NCBI RefSeq assembly: GCF_964355755.1
Contig: NC_092672.1
Span: 17,187,237 to 17,251,236, forward strand
Length of the DNA stretch: 64,000 bases
Direction: 5' to 3'
From: Antedon mediterranea
Taxonomy: Eukaryota; Animalia; Echinodermata
Below are positions 25,401 to 36,604 of the stretch, one piece after another. The position numbers and the translations under genes are program-made. Every line of letters starts with the position of its first letter. The first letter of the stretch is position 1. The notes below the pieces were generated by a model. It saw only the letters and a list, made by a program, of their open reading frames with translations. It was not told where the DNA came from and made no database searches.

Positions 25401-26993
25401 AGCGAGAGAGAGATAGACCAGCGAGAGAGAGAGATAGATCAGCGAGAGAGAGATAGATCAGCGAGAGAGAGATAGATCAGCGAGAGAGAGATAGATCAGC
25501 GAGAGAGATAGATCAGCGAGAGAGAGATAGATCAGCGAGAGAGAGATAGATCAGCAAGAGAGAGATAGATCAGCGAGAGAGAGAGATAGATCAGCGAGAG
25601 AGAGATAGATAGATCAGCGAGAGAGAGATATATCAGCGAGAGAGAGATAGATAGATCAGCGAAAGAGAGAGATAGATAGATCAGCGAGAGAGAGATAGAT
25701 AGATCAGCGAGAGAGAGAGATAGATCAGCGAGAGAGAGATAGATCAGCGAGAGAGAGAGAGAGAAATAGATCAGGGAGAGAGAGATAGATCAGCGAGAGT
25801 GAGTTAGATCAGCGAGAGAGAGATAGATCAGCGAGAGAGAGATAGATCAGCGAGAGAGGGATAGATCAGCGAGAGAAAGAGAGATAGATCAGCGAGAGAG
25901 AGATAGATCAGCAAGAGAGAGAGAGATGGATCAGCGAGAGAGAGATAGATCAGCGAGAGAGAGATAGATCAGCGAGAGAGAGAAAGATAGATCAGCGAGA
26001 GAGAGATAGATCAGCGAGAGAGAGATAGATCAGCGAGAGAGATAGATCAGCGAGAGAGAGATAGATAGATCAGCGAGAGAGAGATAGATAGATCAGCGAT
26101 AGAGAGATAGATCAGCGAGAGAGAGATAGATCAGCGAGAGAGAGATAGATCAGCGAGAGAGATAGATCAGCGAGAGATAGAGATATATCAGCGATAGAGA
26201 GAAAGATAGATCAGCAAGAGAGAGATAGATCAGCGAGAGAGAGATAGATAAGCGAGAGAGAGATAGATCAGCAAGAGAGAGAGAGATATATCAGCGAGAG
26301 AGAGATAGATCAGCGAGAGAGAGAGATAGATCAGAGAGACAGAGATAGATCAGCGAGAGAGAGATAGATCAGCGAGAGAGAGATAGATCAGCGAGAGAGA
26401 TAGATAGATCAGCGAGAGAGAGATAGATCAGCGAGAGAGAGATAGATCAACGAGAGAAAGATAGATCAGCGAGAGAGAGAGATAGATCAGCGAGAAAGAG
26501 ATAGATCAGCGAGAAAGAGATAGATCAGCGAGAGAGAGATAAATCAGCGAGAGAGAGATATATAGATCAGCGTAAGAGAGATTTATAGATCAGCGAGAGA
26601 GAGATAGATAGATCAGCGAGAGAGAGATAGATCAGCGACAGAGAGATAGATAGATCAGCGATAGAGAGATAGATCAGCGAGAGAGATAGATCAGCGAGAG
26701 AGAGATAGATCAGCGAGAGAGAGAGATAGATCAGCGAGAGAGGGATAGATCAGCGAGAGAGAGAGATAGATCAGCGAGAGAGAGATAGATCAGCGAGAGA
26801 GAGAGATAGATCAGCGACAGAGATAGATCAGCGAGAGAGAGATAGATCAGCGAGAGAGAGATAGATCAGCGAGAGAGAGAGATAGATCAGGGAGAGAGAG
26901 ATAGATCAGCGAGAGTGACATAGATCAGCGAGAGAGAGATAGATCAGCGAGAGAGGGATAGATCAGCGAGAGAGAGAGATAGATCAGCGAGAG
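13218..26993 (+). repeat. 19-bp GA-rich satellite (ATAGATCAGCGAGAGAGAG)n, block 1, ~13.8 kb
   Basis: Direct reading; monomer length varies in steps of 2 (GA) or 4 (GATA). Confidence 0.98.
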
Positions 26994-28283
26994 TGTCACA
27001 AGTGACATAAGTTTCGTATTTATTGTGCAAGTTATTCTTACTTTTCCTTTTGTTTTCATTATTTGAACCTTTCTTTTGTTTTAGGAAACTATTTTTTGAA
27101 GCCAGTGGAGCAGAGTGTTAGTGTGCAGAGAAGGAGTGTGTGGAGGTTGCTGATTGGAGGAGAGGTGTAAGAGTTGAGTTGGTGTGTGAGTTGCTGATTG
27201 GTTGAGAAGGATAAGGTGGTGGTATGTAGGCAATTGAGGGAAGTTTGAGAAGGGGATGAAAATTGAGAGGAGACAGAGAAGGAGGGTTATGTTATGTTGA
27301 AGCAGAAAGGAAGTAAAGTGGTATATATGAAGTTAATAAATTGTGGGTTGGAAAGGAGTATGGTGATATAGAGCTGAAGCGGAAAGGAAATAAGGTGATC
27401 TACATGAAGTTAGTAACTTGTGAGTTGGAAATAATTATGGTGATATAGAGCTGAAGCAGAAACGAAATAAGGTGATATACATGAAGTTAATAAATTGTGA
27501 GTTGGAAATAATTATGGTGATCTAGAGCTTGAGCAGAAATGAAATAAAGTGAGATACATGAAGTTAATAAATCGAATAACTGTTGGAAGTAGCAGAATTA
27601 ATTGCTTTTAAAGAAAGCTTTTGTTGAAAGTATCGAAGACTGACTTTATTGATACTGATATTATGTTACGTGGAAAAGGAGAAAGAAATAATTGATCGGG
27701 GAGCGGATTGCAGTGCAGAAGGACCTCAAGAAACATTTTTAACTTTATATTTCATGTATGTATATGTCAGAAGATAGTTGCAGGTTGAGAAGAAGTATAA
27801 TTGGGAATACAAGCAGAACGGGAGCAGAGGAGTTGTTTAGTTGCGGAATCGTTTTAACTTTTATCTTTCGAATTTGTTTTGTGTCAGCGTAGGAGAAAAG
27901 GCAAGAAGGAACGATATTGTGGACATTTATTATTGTATTATTCATCTTGTGATATTATTGTATTTGGAAGGGGGGTTTCTGGGATTTATATCTGACAATA
28001 AGAAGATTGTCGATATTTTGTCTGGAAGGATTGGGAATTTGGGAAAGTGTATAAATTGTGTGGGAATAGGGATACTGTATCATTGGTTGAGAATTGCTTG
28101 GGTTTTTTTGTGGGTTTTTTTTAGGTGGGGTTTGGATTATAGAAGGAAGAATTGTTTGTCAAAGATTATTATTAAATTTACTTTTTACATTTATATGTGT
28201 ACAGTTGTGGCTATTTACCGTTGTTTACCGGTGGTTACCAGATATTACATGTCCGAAAGAGCCGTAATTGCGGCTGTGTGACA
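26994..28283 (+). repeat. 5' LTR (1290 bp), TGTCACA...TGTGACA
   Basis: Near-identical to 35322-36604, with 7-bp terminal inverted repeats and internal 77-bp tandem repeats (27371, 27448, 27525). Confidence 0.95.
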
Positions 28284-28287
28284 TTTA

Positions 28288-28304
28288 TGGGGGCTCGTCC
28301 GGGA
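28288..28304 (+). promoter_or_regulatory. Primer binding site complementary to tRNA-Pro
   Basis: TGGGGGCTCGTCCGGGA, 4 nt after the LTR, matches 17 of 18 nt of the classical tRNA-Pro PBS TGGGGGCTCGTCCGGGAT. Confidence 0.93.
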
Positions 28305-28446
28305 AACTTTGTAACCTAGCGTGAACATCGGTAGATGAAACAATTGTACGTAATTGATTGGATTGTCTATTTGTCATATTATTGACATACTGTATACTTA
28401 TATTGGATACTTATACATATATATATATATTTTTTTTTCTTAAGAA

Positions 28447-30369
28447 ATGGATCTCACTAAAATTGTTGACGCAGGAAAAGCGTTGGGGTTAGATGGAGTG
28501 GAATTAAGAGAGTTTGTGGAAAAGAGAGAGGAAGCTGCCAGAGAGAGAGAAGAGAGAGCACTAGAGAGAGAAGAAAGAAACCGGGAGAGAGAAGAAAGAA
28601 ACTGAGAGAGAGAAGAAAAAGAGCGAAACAGAGACAAGGAAGAGAGAGAGAGAAGAGAGGTACTAGAGAAGGAAGAGAGAGAGAGAAGAGAGGTGCTAGA
28701 GAGGGACGAAGCAGAGAGAAAAAGAGCGAGTGAAGAAAAAGAGAGAGTAAATGAAAGAGTGAAAGAAGCTGAAAATCAGGCCTATCTCATAGAAATGCGA
28801 AGGTTAGAAATCCAATTAGAGCAAGAAAAGAATCGGGCACGGCCAGGTGGTAGAGTATTACCCAATCCTGAGTCACGGGTTAAGGCCAGTAAACCTAAAT
28901 TACCCCCTTTCCATGACCGAACAGATGACCTAGATGCCTATCTGAAAAGGTTTGAACGGTATGCGACTAGTCAGGAGTGGAAAGAAAGTGAGTGGCCGGT
29001 TAACTTAAGTGCCCTACTAACTGGGAAAGCTCTCGAAGTTTATTCCAGGTTGTCTTCAGCTGAAGCTAATGATTACAAACTGTTGAAATTGGCTCTTCTA
29101 AAACGGTTTCAGTTAACCGCCGATGGATTTCGACATAAGTTACGAACAGCCAAGCCCGAACACGGGGAAAGCGGACTGCAGTTCGCTGCAAGGTTAAGCA
29201 ATTATCTGGATAGGTGGATTGACCTAGCAGAGGGGGAGAAAACCTTTCAAGGGTTAAAAGATTTATTGCTGCGAGAGCAATTTACTGATGGGTGTGGGAA
29301 GGACCTTGCCCTGTTCCTAAGGGAACGTCAACCGAAAACGATACAAGCGATGGCTGAAATTGCTGAACAATATTTGGAAGCCCGTGGGGGGTTATTTGGT
29401 AAACCAATAGAGTTTAAACAAAAGGAGCCGAATTCCCCTCAACTTTCCTCTATTAATGTTCCCAGTACATCCTCAGCACAAAGCCCTTCTAGTTTCCGTA
29501 GTCCAACTTGTTTTATATGCCATCGTGTAGGTCACTTAGCTAGAAATTGCAGAGTTTCAACTATGTATAAACCAAACTCTCCTCCAAAATGTTACCGATG
29601 CTTAAAAACAGGACATATTGCCAGAAATTGTAGACAGGACGCCAACAGTTGTGCTGGGTTGTCTACTTCACCACAAAAAGAGTCTGATTGCCAAAAATGT
29701 ACAAAACAACACGAATGTAAAGCCAAAGAAGAAATTCCCGATGTGGGTGCCAGTATGGTTACAAAAATGTCAGAATCTTTAAATCAATGTTGTATCAATA
29801 ATGATGGTGATAGGGTCACTCTTCAATGTGGGCACTGTCTTCCAATTATGACAGCGGCTCTAAATAATTCAATTAGTAAAATGCCCGTTTATACAGGCTG
29901 TGTCGGGTCACGCTGCGTTTCTGTTCTTCGTGACAGTGGCTGTAGTGGGGTGGTTGTAAAGAAAGATCTGGTATCAGCCGAACAACTTACTGGTAAGGAG
30001 AAAACCTGTGTGCTGATTGACGGCACGGTCCGCAACCTACCGGTTGCATTAATACAGGTTAATACACCATTTTTTTCAGGAAATACGTATGCACTATGTA
30101 TGAATAACCCTATTTATGACTTGATATTAGGTAATATTGCAGGAGTACGAGCACCAGGAAACCCAGATCCCACATGGACAGAGCGGAATCTTCAAGGATG
30201 TTCTGTTGTCACCCGGTCTCAAGCTAACAATATGGATAAACCATTCAGAACACTTAAAACTACAGAAATACACCAGCAAATCATCACAGCGGTAACTATG
30301 AAGACCGCTCAGCAACAAGATGTCAGCCTTGCAAAATTCAAGGATCTTGCAGAGAAGCAAACTACAACT
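28447..30369 (+). pseudogene. gag: Gag (E/R-rich coiled coil, SCAN-like capsid, two CCHC knuckles) plus aspartic protease; in-frame TGA at 28603-28605; interrupted after 30369
   Basis: ATG 28447 (MDLTKIVDAGKALG) is in frame with ORF 28693. Motifs: CFICHRVGHLARNC, CYRCLKTGHIARNC, LRDSGC, LLREQF...RQPKT. Confidence 0.9.
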
Positions 30370-32530
30370 CACACTCACGTCATATTGCGAATTTTGGACA
30401 AAAAGTGTTTTGAGAGCGCTTTTGATTTAAACATTAGCGCGAGCCTATCTTTACCGCTGAGAATTGTATTGAGAAACCCGAAGACTTCACGCGAGCGAGA
30501 CGAACTGACTAAGAACATTATTACTATAGATTTTCACTTCATACACGCTTATTATTGAACAATAGTTAGTATAAATAACTGCTAGTTAATTAGAGACATT
30601 CGATGTTACTAAGAATACTAAAGAAATTACTTATAATACAAATTTAAAAGATTTATAACGATTCTAGTTTAGGTAACATTCGCCCATTAACAATGAAAAC
30701 AAACAAATCCTGCGTAGGAAATCGCGGAACTCTAAAAAGTTTGTTTTAATATCACGCTAAAATTGTTTCCGAATTTTTAAATACATATTTGTAAATATTA
30801 TGTTAAATTTCAATATCTTTACTTTTAATCCTCAAAAAATCAAAATGTTGATATTTTTTAAAAGAATTTTATGATCATTTGAAATCGGGTATATTTACTA
30901 TCGATCGCGCTCCACCGGTGCCCGAGTAGGTGTGTACGCGTCGCTTTTGCAGGCTCTATTCCCAGTAGCGAGTTTCGGTCGCGCTAACATAAGCAAATGT
31001 TTTCTACATTTACATGCATTACGGGTAAATTATGTTTAATTGTTTTTACCGCATAACAAAATTCCCAAATTTATTTCTTTTCTTGCCTAACCGTTTCTGT
31101 CACCCTAAAATCAAATACTTTAACTGCATAATTTTAAGTGACAATAACATACAAATAGGCCTACTATAATTTGATCACTTCTGCGCAATACTTTAAAGTT
31201 TTTGTATACAATTGTTTTAAGAATATAAATAAAAACACACAGAAACTAATAAAATGGCAACTAATTGAAAAGTCAAACTCATTTATTTCATCAATTAAAT
31301 ATTTGAAAAAAATCAAATCAAGTAAGGTACTGTGAGTAGGCCTTAAATATGATTACTGTATTTTTTAGTTTTAATTTGTATAATGGCCTAGGCCTAATAA
31401 TATAGTACTAACAACATGTTTATTTCTAAAGGCAAGAATAACAAACAGCTTTATTTATTTACCTTCAATATTAAATCTATGAGAAACCTCAATTATGAGA
31501 ATCATTTAAATTTCTGTCACCGTACATTTCATTATAATGAAAACCTTTAATTTAAAAGACATTTAATTAATAAGAGCTGGTCAAATTTTTTTGAATGTCA
31601 ACATGCTGTCCATAAATAGCCGCTTTCAAGTGATGCAAATGTTTTCTGGAGTCAGATCCTATAAAAAATATAGAAATATAAAAAGTATGTTAATTTAAAT
31701 ATGTATTTGAAAGATGGGCTAGAGGTATACTGCATGATAAATTAGGCTGAAAAACCTAGCATGTGGTCCTAGGCCTACTACAAGGCCTAGCTTAATGTTT
31801 TAAATCCCATAAAACGTTTGAATTTAATACAAGTACAAAATCTAATTTATATAGAGTTGTAAAGTGTGGTACATTCAGTACATTAATTAAAATAAATGAG
31901 AATGGGGCCTAATATTAATAAATAAACATGTAAAAAAATTGGCCTAAACGACTACGTGTGTATCTTATACGCATTGATTAACACGCAGTACGAGTTGGAC
32001 CATCAAGGCTAGGCCCAGCTTCGCACAAACCACCGTTATACATGTGATTTGTTTACCTATTTCAATCGCCATTTAAAAAATACCTGAAAATATCAACATG
32101 CCCATTTTTTGTCAAACGAATATTTACATTACATAGTAACTTTTTATTTAGTCACTCGTTTACTAAAAAATTGAGGAATTTTTTTATGGTCTCGTAAAAA
32201 TGTACAATATTATTATTGATAAAAACCGTATAAAATCTAACAAAAAGAAGAGCAAATTCAATGATTACCTGACACGATCATAACTGCTATCCTGTTCCAA
32301 AAACCAAGTCACATGCTTCTTCAACCCTTGCTTTAATTATTCTCATGAATTATTCATAAGGAACTATAATTTAAGGCTTTCAATTGGTTAAAAGAGTTTA
32401 ACCCCTATTAAAATTTTAAATTCACATCATTTCCGGGTGATGTTGTCGCGCTTCGATGAATCTCAGAAATCACAAATGACCGCTAGAGGGCTCACTACTT
32501 TTTGTCTAGTCTAAATGAATGTGAACTGTG
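30370..32530. mobile_element. 2161-bp non-coding insertion, probable non-autonomous DNA transposon with imperfect CAC...GTG terminal inverted repeats
   Basis: AT-rich, no ORF in the track. Left end CACACTCAC...GACAAAAAGT; right end (reverse complement) CACAGTTCAC...GACAAAAAGT. Removing it rejoins gag-pol in frame. Confidence 0.85.
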
Positions 32531-35272
32531 AGTAACAAACAAGCCACGTCTAGGTTTATTTATCATAAAGACCTATTATATAGGCAATTTTCCTCTCCTA
32601 ATATTGAACACGGGGATAAGTTTACCCAACTGGTAGTGCCAGCTGACTATCGACGCCAGGTAATGCGCCAAGCCCATGAAACCTTATTAGGAGGACACCA
32701 AGGGGTCAAAAAGACGACGGATAAAGTGTTGACAACTTTTTGGTGGCCTGGGTTCACTGCGGATATTACTCGATATTGTCGATCCTGTGACATTTGTCAG
32801 AGAACTGTACAAAAAGGTAGAGTTACGAAAGTGCCTCTAGGAAGCATGCCTTTGATCGAGGTGCCGTTTGAACGGATTGCCGTTGATATAGTTGGTCCCA
32901 TTTTCCCCATGTCTAAAGGTCGTAATCGTTATATACTCACAATAATAGATTTTGCTACTCGTTATCCCGAGGCAGTGCCTCTACCAAGTATTGAAGCTGA
33001 ACGGGTTGCTGAGGCCTTGGTTGGTGTTTTCTCTAGACTTGGTATCCCGAAAGAAATGCTTACCGATAGGGGATCACAATTTACATCGGAAGTCATGAAG
33101 CAAGTTAGTAAGTTGTTGTCTATACGTCAGGTAATGACATCTCCATATCACCCAGCTTGTAATGGTTTGGTCGAACGGTTCAATGGAACACTCAAACAAA
33201 TGCTGAAACGTATGTGTGCCGAAAGGCCTACTGATTGGGATCGATACATTGACCCACTACTGTTTGCTGTTAGGGAATCTTCACAAGAAAGTTTAGGTTT
33301 TTCTCCTTTTGAACTCTTATATGGCCGTACCGTCCGAGGACCCATGTCCATCCTAAGGGAATTGTGGACCGAAGAAATTGAAACACCAGAAACAAAAACC
33401 ACCTACCAGTACGTTATGGATTTACGGGAACGATTACATGAAACCTGTCAGATGGCTCAGAAGAATCTACAAAAATCAAAGGTCAGGTATAAACAATATT
33501 ATGACAAAAAGAGTAAGTCCCGGGAATTTGAGGTTGGGGATAAGGTACTACTTTTACTACCCACAGACAAAAACAAACTGTTGCTTCAATGGAAAGGTCC
33601 TTTTAAGGTTGTAAAGAAATTTGGGTATCTAGACTACCAAATTGACATTAATGGGAAATTCAAAATATTTCACGCCAATCTCTTGAAAAGGTATTATGAG
33701 CGAACCGCAGACATTAGTGCTGCTCTGGAGGTATCCGAGCCTTCAGGTATCCTTGAATTAGCTAGCACCGCTGTTATTGAATGCGAACCTAATGAAACAT
33801 TTACAAGTAACCAAAATTATCATCTATCTAATGAGAATCTTTTGCAGCTCCACCCTTTACTAGCAAAAGAAACAACAGCCGACATTCACATCAACGAAAG
33901 CCTGGATGATACCCTAAAGCATGAGGTGCACCGACTCATCGGAAACTACAAAGATGTATTGACGGATTTACCGGGGAAGACTACACTTGGGCAGCATGAA
34001 ATCAAGTTGGAAACTGAGGATATAATCCGTTCCAAGCCCTATCCACTTCCACATGCGTTGCGAGGTACCATTAAGGATGAGGTAAATATGATGTTAAATC
34101 TGGGTGTAGTGGAGCCTTCAGGGGCACCGTTTGCATCACCAATAGTATTGGTAAAGAAACCGGATGGGTCAAATCGATTCTGCGTGGACTTTCGGAAACT
34201 TAATCAGGTTACAGTTTTTGACGCCGAACCGATCCCGGACCAAGAGGAACTGTTCACAAGGTTGGCCCACGATCATTATTTTACTAAGATAGATTTAAGT
34301 AAAGGGTATTGGCAAGTTCCCATGGATGAAGCGTCAAAACCTTTAACATCCTTCCTAACACCAGATGGTTTGTTTCAATTTAATGTCATGCCGTTCGGCT
34401 TAGTCAATGCACCAGCTACTTTCAGTCGTATCATGAGAAAATTACTCAAAGGAATGGATAATACACTTAATTATATTGATGACATTCTAATTCACACAGC
34501 TTCTTGGGATCAACATATGAAATGTTTGTCTGAATTGTTTGGACGTCTCCGCAGGGCCAACCTAACTGCTCGACCGAGCAAATGTTTCATTGGTTATGAA
34601 ACAATCGAGTTTCTTGGCCATGTGGTAGGGAAAGGACAGGTTCAACCTAGGGTGGAGAAGGTGCAAAGCATCCTGTCAGCCAAACAGCCAGAAACGAAGA
34701 AACAACTCCGGTCATTCCTTGGGATGACCAACTACTATAGGAAGTTCATTCCTAATTACTCTGTAATTGCTTGTCCATTAACCGACAAAACGAAGAATCG
34801 GGAACCTAACCGAATATGTTGGGAGAAGGCCCAGGAAAGTGCGTTTGTTAAACTTAAGGGAAAATTAAATAGTACTCCAATTTTATGCCTTCCCAATTTA
34901 AACAAAGATTTTATTTTGAGAACAGATGCGTCCGAATGTGGAGTGGGAGCGGTTCTAATGCAGCAGTATGGTGACGTGAAGTTTCCCGTGGCGTACGCTA
35001 GCAAGAAACTGCTTCCTCGAGAAAAAGCATATTCAGTGATGGAAAAAGAATGTTTAGCCATTGTCTGGAGTGTACGAAAGTTTGAATCTTATTTATATGG
35101 ACGAAACTTTACGTTGGAGACTGATCACCAGCCGCTTGTGTTTATGCAGCGAGCGAAATTGTCCAATGGGCGAATTATGAGATGGGCCCTGGCTCTACAA
35201 CCGTACAAGTTCCGAATAGAGGCGATTAAAGGCAGTGAAAATGTAGGAGCTGATTATCTAAGTCGAGTGTAA
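32531..35272 (+). CDS. pol: Pol remainder: integrase (HHCC, DDE, GPF), reverse transcriptase, RNase H
   Basis: HETLLGGH...CRSCDIC; AVDIVGP/TDRGSQF/NGLVERFN; WKGPF; IDLSKGYWQ, MPFGL, YIDD; RTDAS, KECLA, TDH, ADYLSR. Confidence 0.95.
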   Translation, partial: SNKQATSRFIYHKDLLYRQFSSPNIEHGDKFTQLVVPADYRRQVMRQAHETLLGGHQGVKKTTDKVLTTFWWPGFTADITRYCRSCDICQRTVQKGRVTKVPLGSMPLIEVPFERIAVDIVGPIFPMSKGRNRYILTIIDFATRYPEAVPLPSIEAERVAEALVGVFSRLGIPKEMLTDRGSQFTSEVMKQVSKLLSIRQVMTSPYHPACNGLVERFNGTLKQMLKRMCAERPTDWDRYIDPLLFAVRESSQESLGFSPFELLYGRTVRGPMSILRELWTEEIETPETKTTYQYVMDLRERLHETCQMAQKNLQKSKVRYKQYYDKKSKSREFEVGDKVLLLLPTDKNKLLLQWKGPFKVVKKFGYLDYQIDINGKFKIFHANLLKRYYERTADISAALEVSEPSGILELASTAVIECEPNETFTSNQNYHLSNENLLQLHPLLAKETTADIHINESLDDTLKHEVHRLIGNYKDVLTDLPGKTTLGQHEIKLETEDIIRSKPYPLPHALRGTIKDEVNMMLNLGVVEPSGAPFASPIVLVKKPDGSNRFCVDFRKLNQVTVFDAEPIPDQEELFTRLAHDHYFTKIDLSKGYWQVPMDEASKPLTSFLTPDGLFQFNVMPFGLVNAPATFSRIMRKLLKGMDNTLNYIDDILIHTASWDQHMKCLSELFGRLRRANLTARPSKCFIGYETIEFLGHVVGKGQVQPRVEKVQSILSAKQPETKKQLRSFLGMTNYYRKFIPNYSVIACPLTDKTKNREPNRICWEKAQESAFVKLKGKLNSTPILCLPNLNKDFILRTDASECGVGAVLMQQYGDVKFPVAYASKKLLPREKAYSVMEKECLAIVWSVRKFESYLYGRNFTLETDHQPLVFMQRAKLSNGRIMRWALALQPYKFRIEAIKGSENVGADYLSRV

Positions 35273-35308
35273 ATATATTTAGAGAAAATGTTGGTACATA
35301 TTTCTTTT

Positions 35309-35321
35309 AGAGGGGAGTAAA
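35309..35321 (+). promoter_or_regulatory. Polypurine tract
   Basis: AGAGGGGAGTAAA immediately 5' of the 3' LTR. Confidence 0.8.
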
Positions 35322-36604
35322 TGTCACAAGTGACATAAGTTTCGTATTTATTGTGCAAGTTATTCTTACTTTTCCTTTTGTTTTCATTATTTGAACCTTT
35401 CTTTTGTTTTAGGAAACTATTGTTTGAAGCCAGTGGAGCAGAGTGTTAGTGTGCAGAGAAGGAGTGTGTGGAGGTTGCTGATTGGAGGAGAGGTGTAAGA
35501 GTTGAGTTGGTGTGTGAGTTGCTGATTGGTTGAGAAGGATAAGGTGGTGGTATGTGGGCAATTGAGGGAAGTTTGAGAAGGGGATGAAAATTGAGAGGAG
35601 ACAGAGAAGGAGGGTTATGTTATGTTGAAGCAGAAAGGAAGTAAAGTGGTATATATGAAGTTAATAAATTGTGGGTTGGAAAGGAGTATGGTGATATAGA
35701 GCTGAAGCGGAAAGGAAATAAGGTGATCTACATGAAGTTAGTAACTTGTGAGTTGGAAATAATTATGGTGATATAGAGCTGAAGCAGAAACGAAATAAGG
35801 TGATATACATGAAGTTAATAAATTGTGAGTTGGAAATAATTATGGTGATCTAGAGCTGGAGCAGAAATGAAATAAAGTGAGATACATGAAGTTAATAAAT
35901 CGAATAATAACTGTTGGAAGTAGCAGAATTAATTGCTTTTAAAGAAAGCTTTTGTTGAAAGTATCGAAGACTGACTTTATTGATACTGATATTATGTTAC
36001 GTGGAAAAGGAGAAAGAAATAATTGATCGGGGAGCGGATTGCAGTGCAGAAGGACCTCAAGAAACATTTTTAACTTTATATTTCATTTATGTATATGTCA
36101 GAAGATAGTTGCAGGTTGAGAAAAAGTATAATTGGGAATACAAGCAGAACGGGAGCAGAGGAGTTGTTTAGTTGCGGAATCGTTTTAACTTTTATCTTTC
36201 GAATTTGTTTTGTGTCAGCGTAGGAGAAAAGGCAAGAAGGAACGATATTGTGGACATTTATTATTGTATTATTCATCTTGTGATATTATTGTATTTGGAA
36301 GGGGGGTTTCTGGGATTTATATCTGACAATAAGAAGATTGTCGATATTTTGTCTGGAAGGATTGGGAATTTGGGAAAGTGTATAAATTGTGTGGGAATAG
36401 GGATACTGTATCATTGGTTGAGAATTGCTTGGGTTTTTTTGTAGGTTTTTTTTAGGTGGGGTTTGGATTATAGAAGGAAGAATTGTTTGTCAAAGATTAT
36501 TATTAAATTTACTTTTTACATTTATATGTGTACATTTGTGGCTATTTACCGTTGTTTACCGGTGGTTACCAGATATTACATGTCCGAAAGAGCCGTAATT
36601 GCGG
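35322..36604 (+). repeat. 3' LTR, lacking the last 10 bp (CTGTGTGACA)
   Basis: Matches the 5' LTR up to GCCGTAATTGCGG, then runs directly into satellite. Confidence 0.95.

Larger units (their letters stand above)
26994..36604 (+). mobile_element. Gmr1-like Ty3/Gypsy LTR retrotransposon (gag-PR-IN-RT-RH), inactivated
   Basis: Paired LTRs, PBS and PPT. Gypsy-type RT (YIDD) lies downstream of integrase, the order diagnostic of the Gmr1 clade. Confidence 0.95.

Noticed and set aside
27841-28281. 146-aa hydrophobic ORF as an env-like or accessory gene
   Set aside because: It lies inside the LTR, starts at TTG and is truncated by a stop in the other LTR (90 aa). The G/T-rich composition explains the hydrophobicity.
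28520-28740. GA-rich Gag segment as captured host satellite
   Set aside because: It lacks the GATCAGC core. E/R-rich coiled coils are common at the start of such Gag proteins and are naturally GA-rich.
30370-30558. C-terminal tail (HTHVILRILD...) of the 621-aa ORF
   Set aside because: It is read-through into the inserted element, not part of Gag-Pol.
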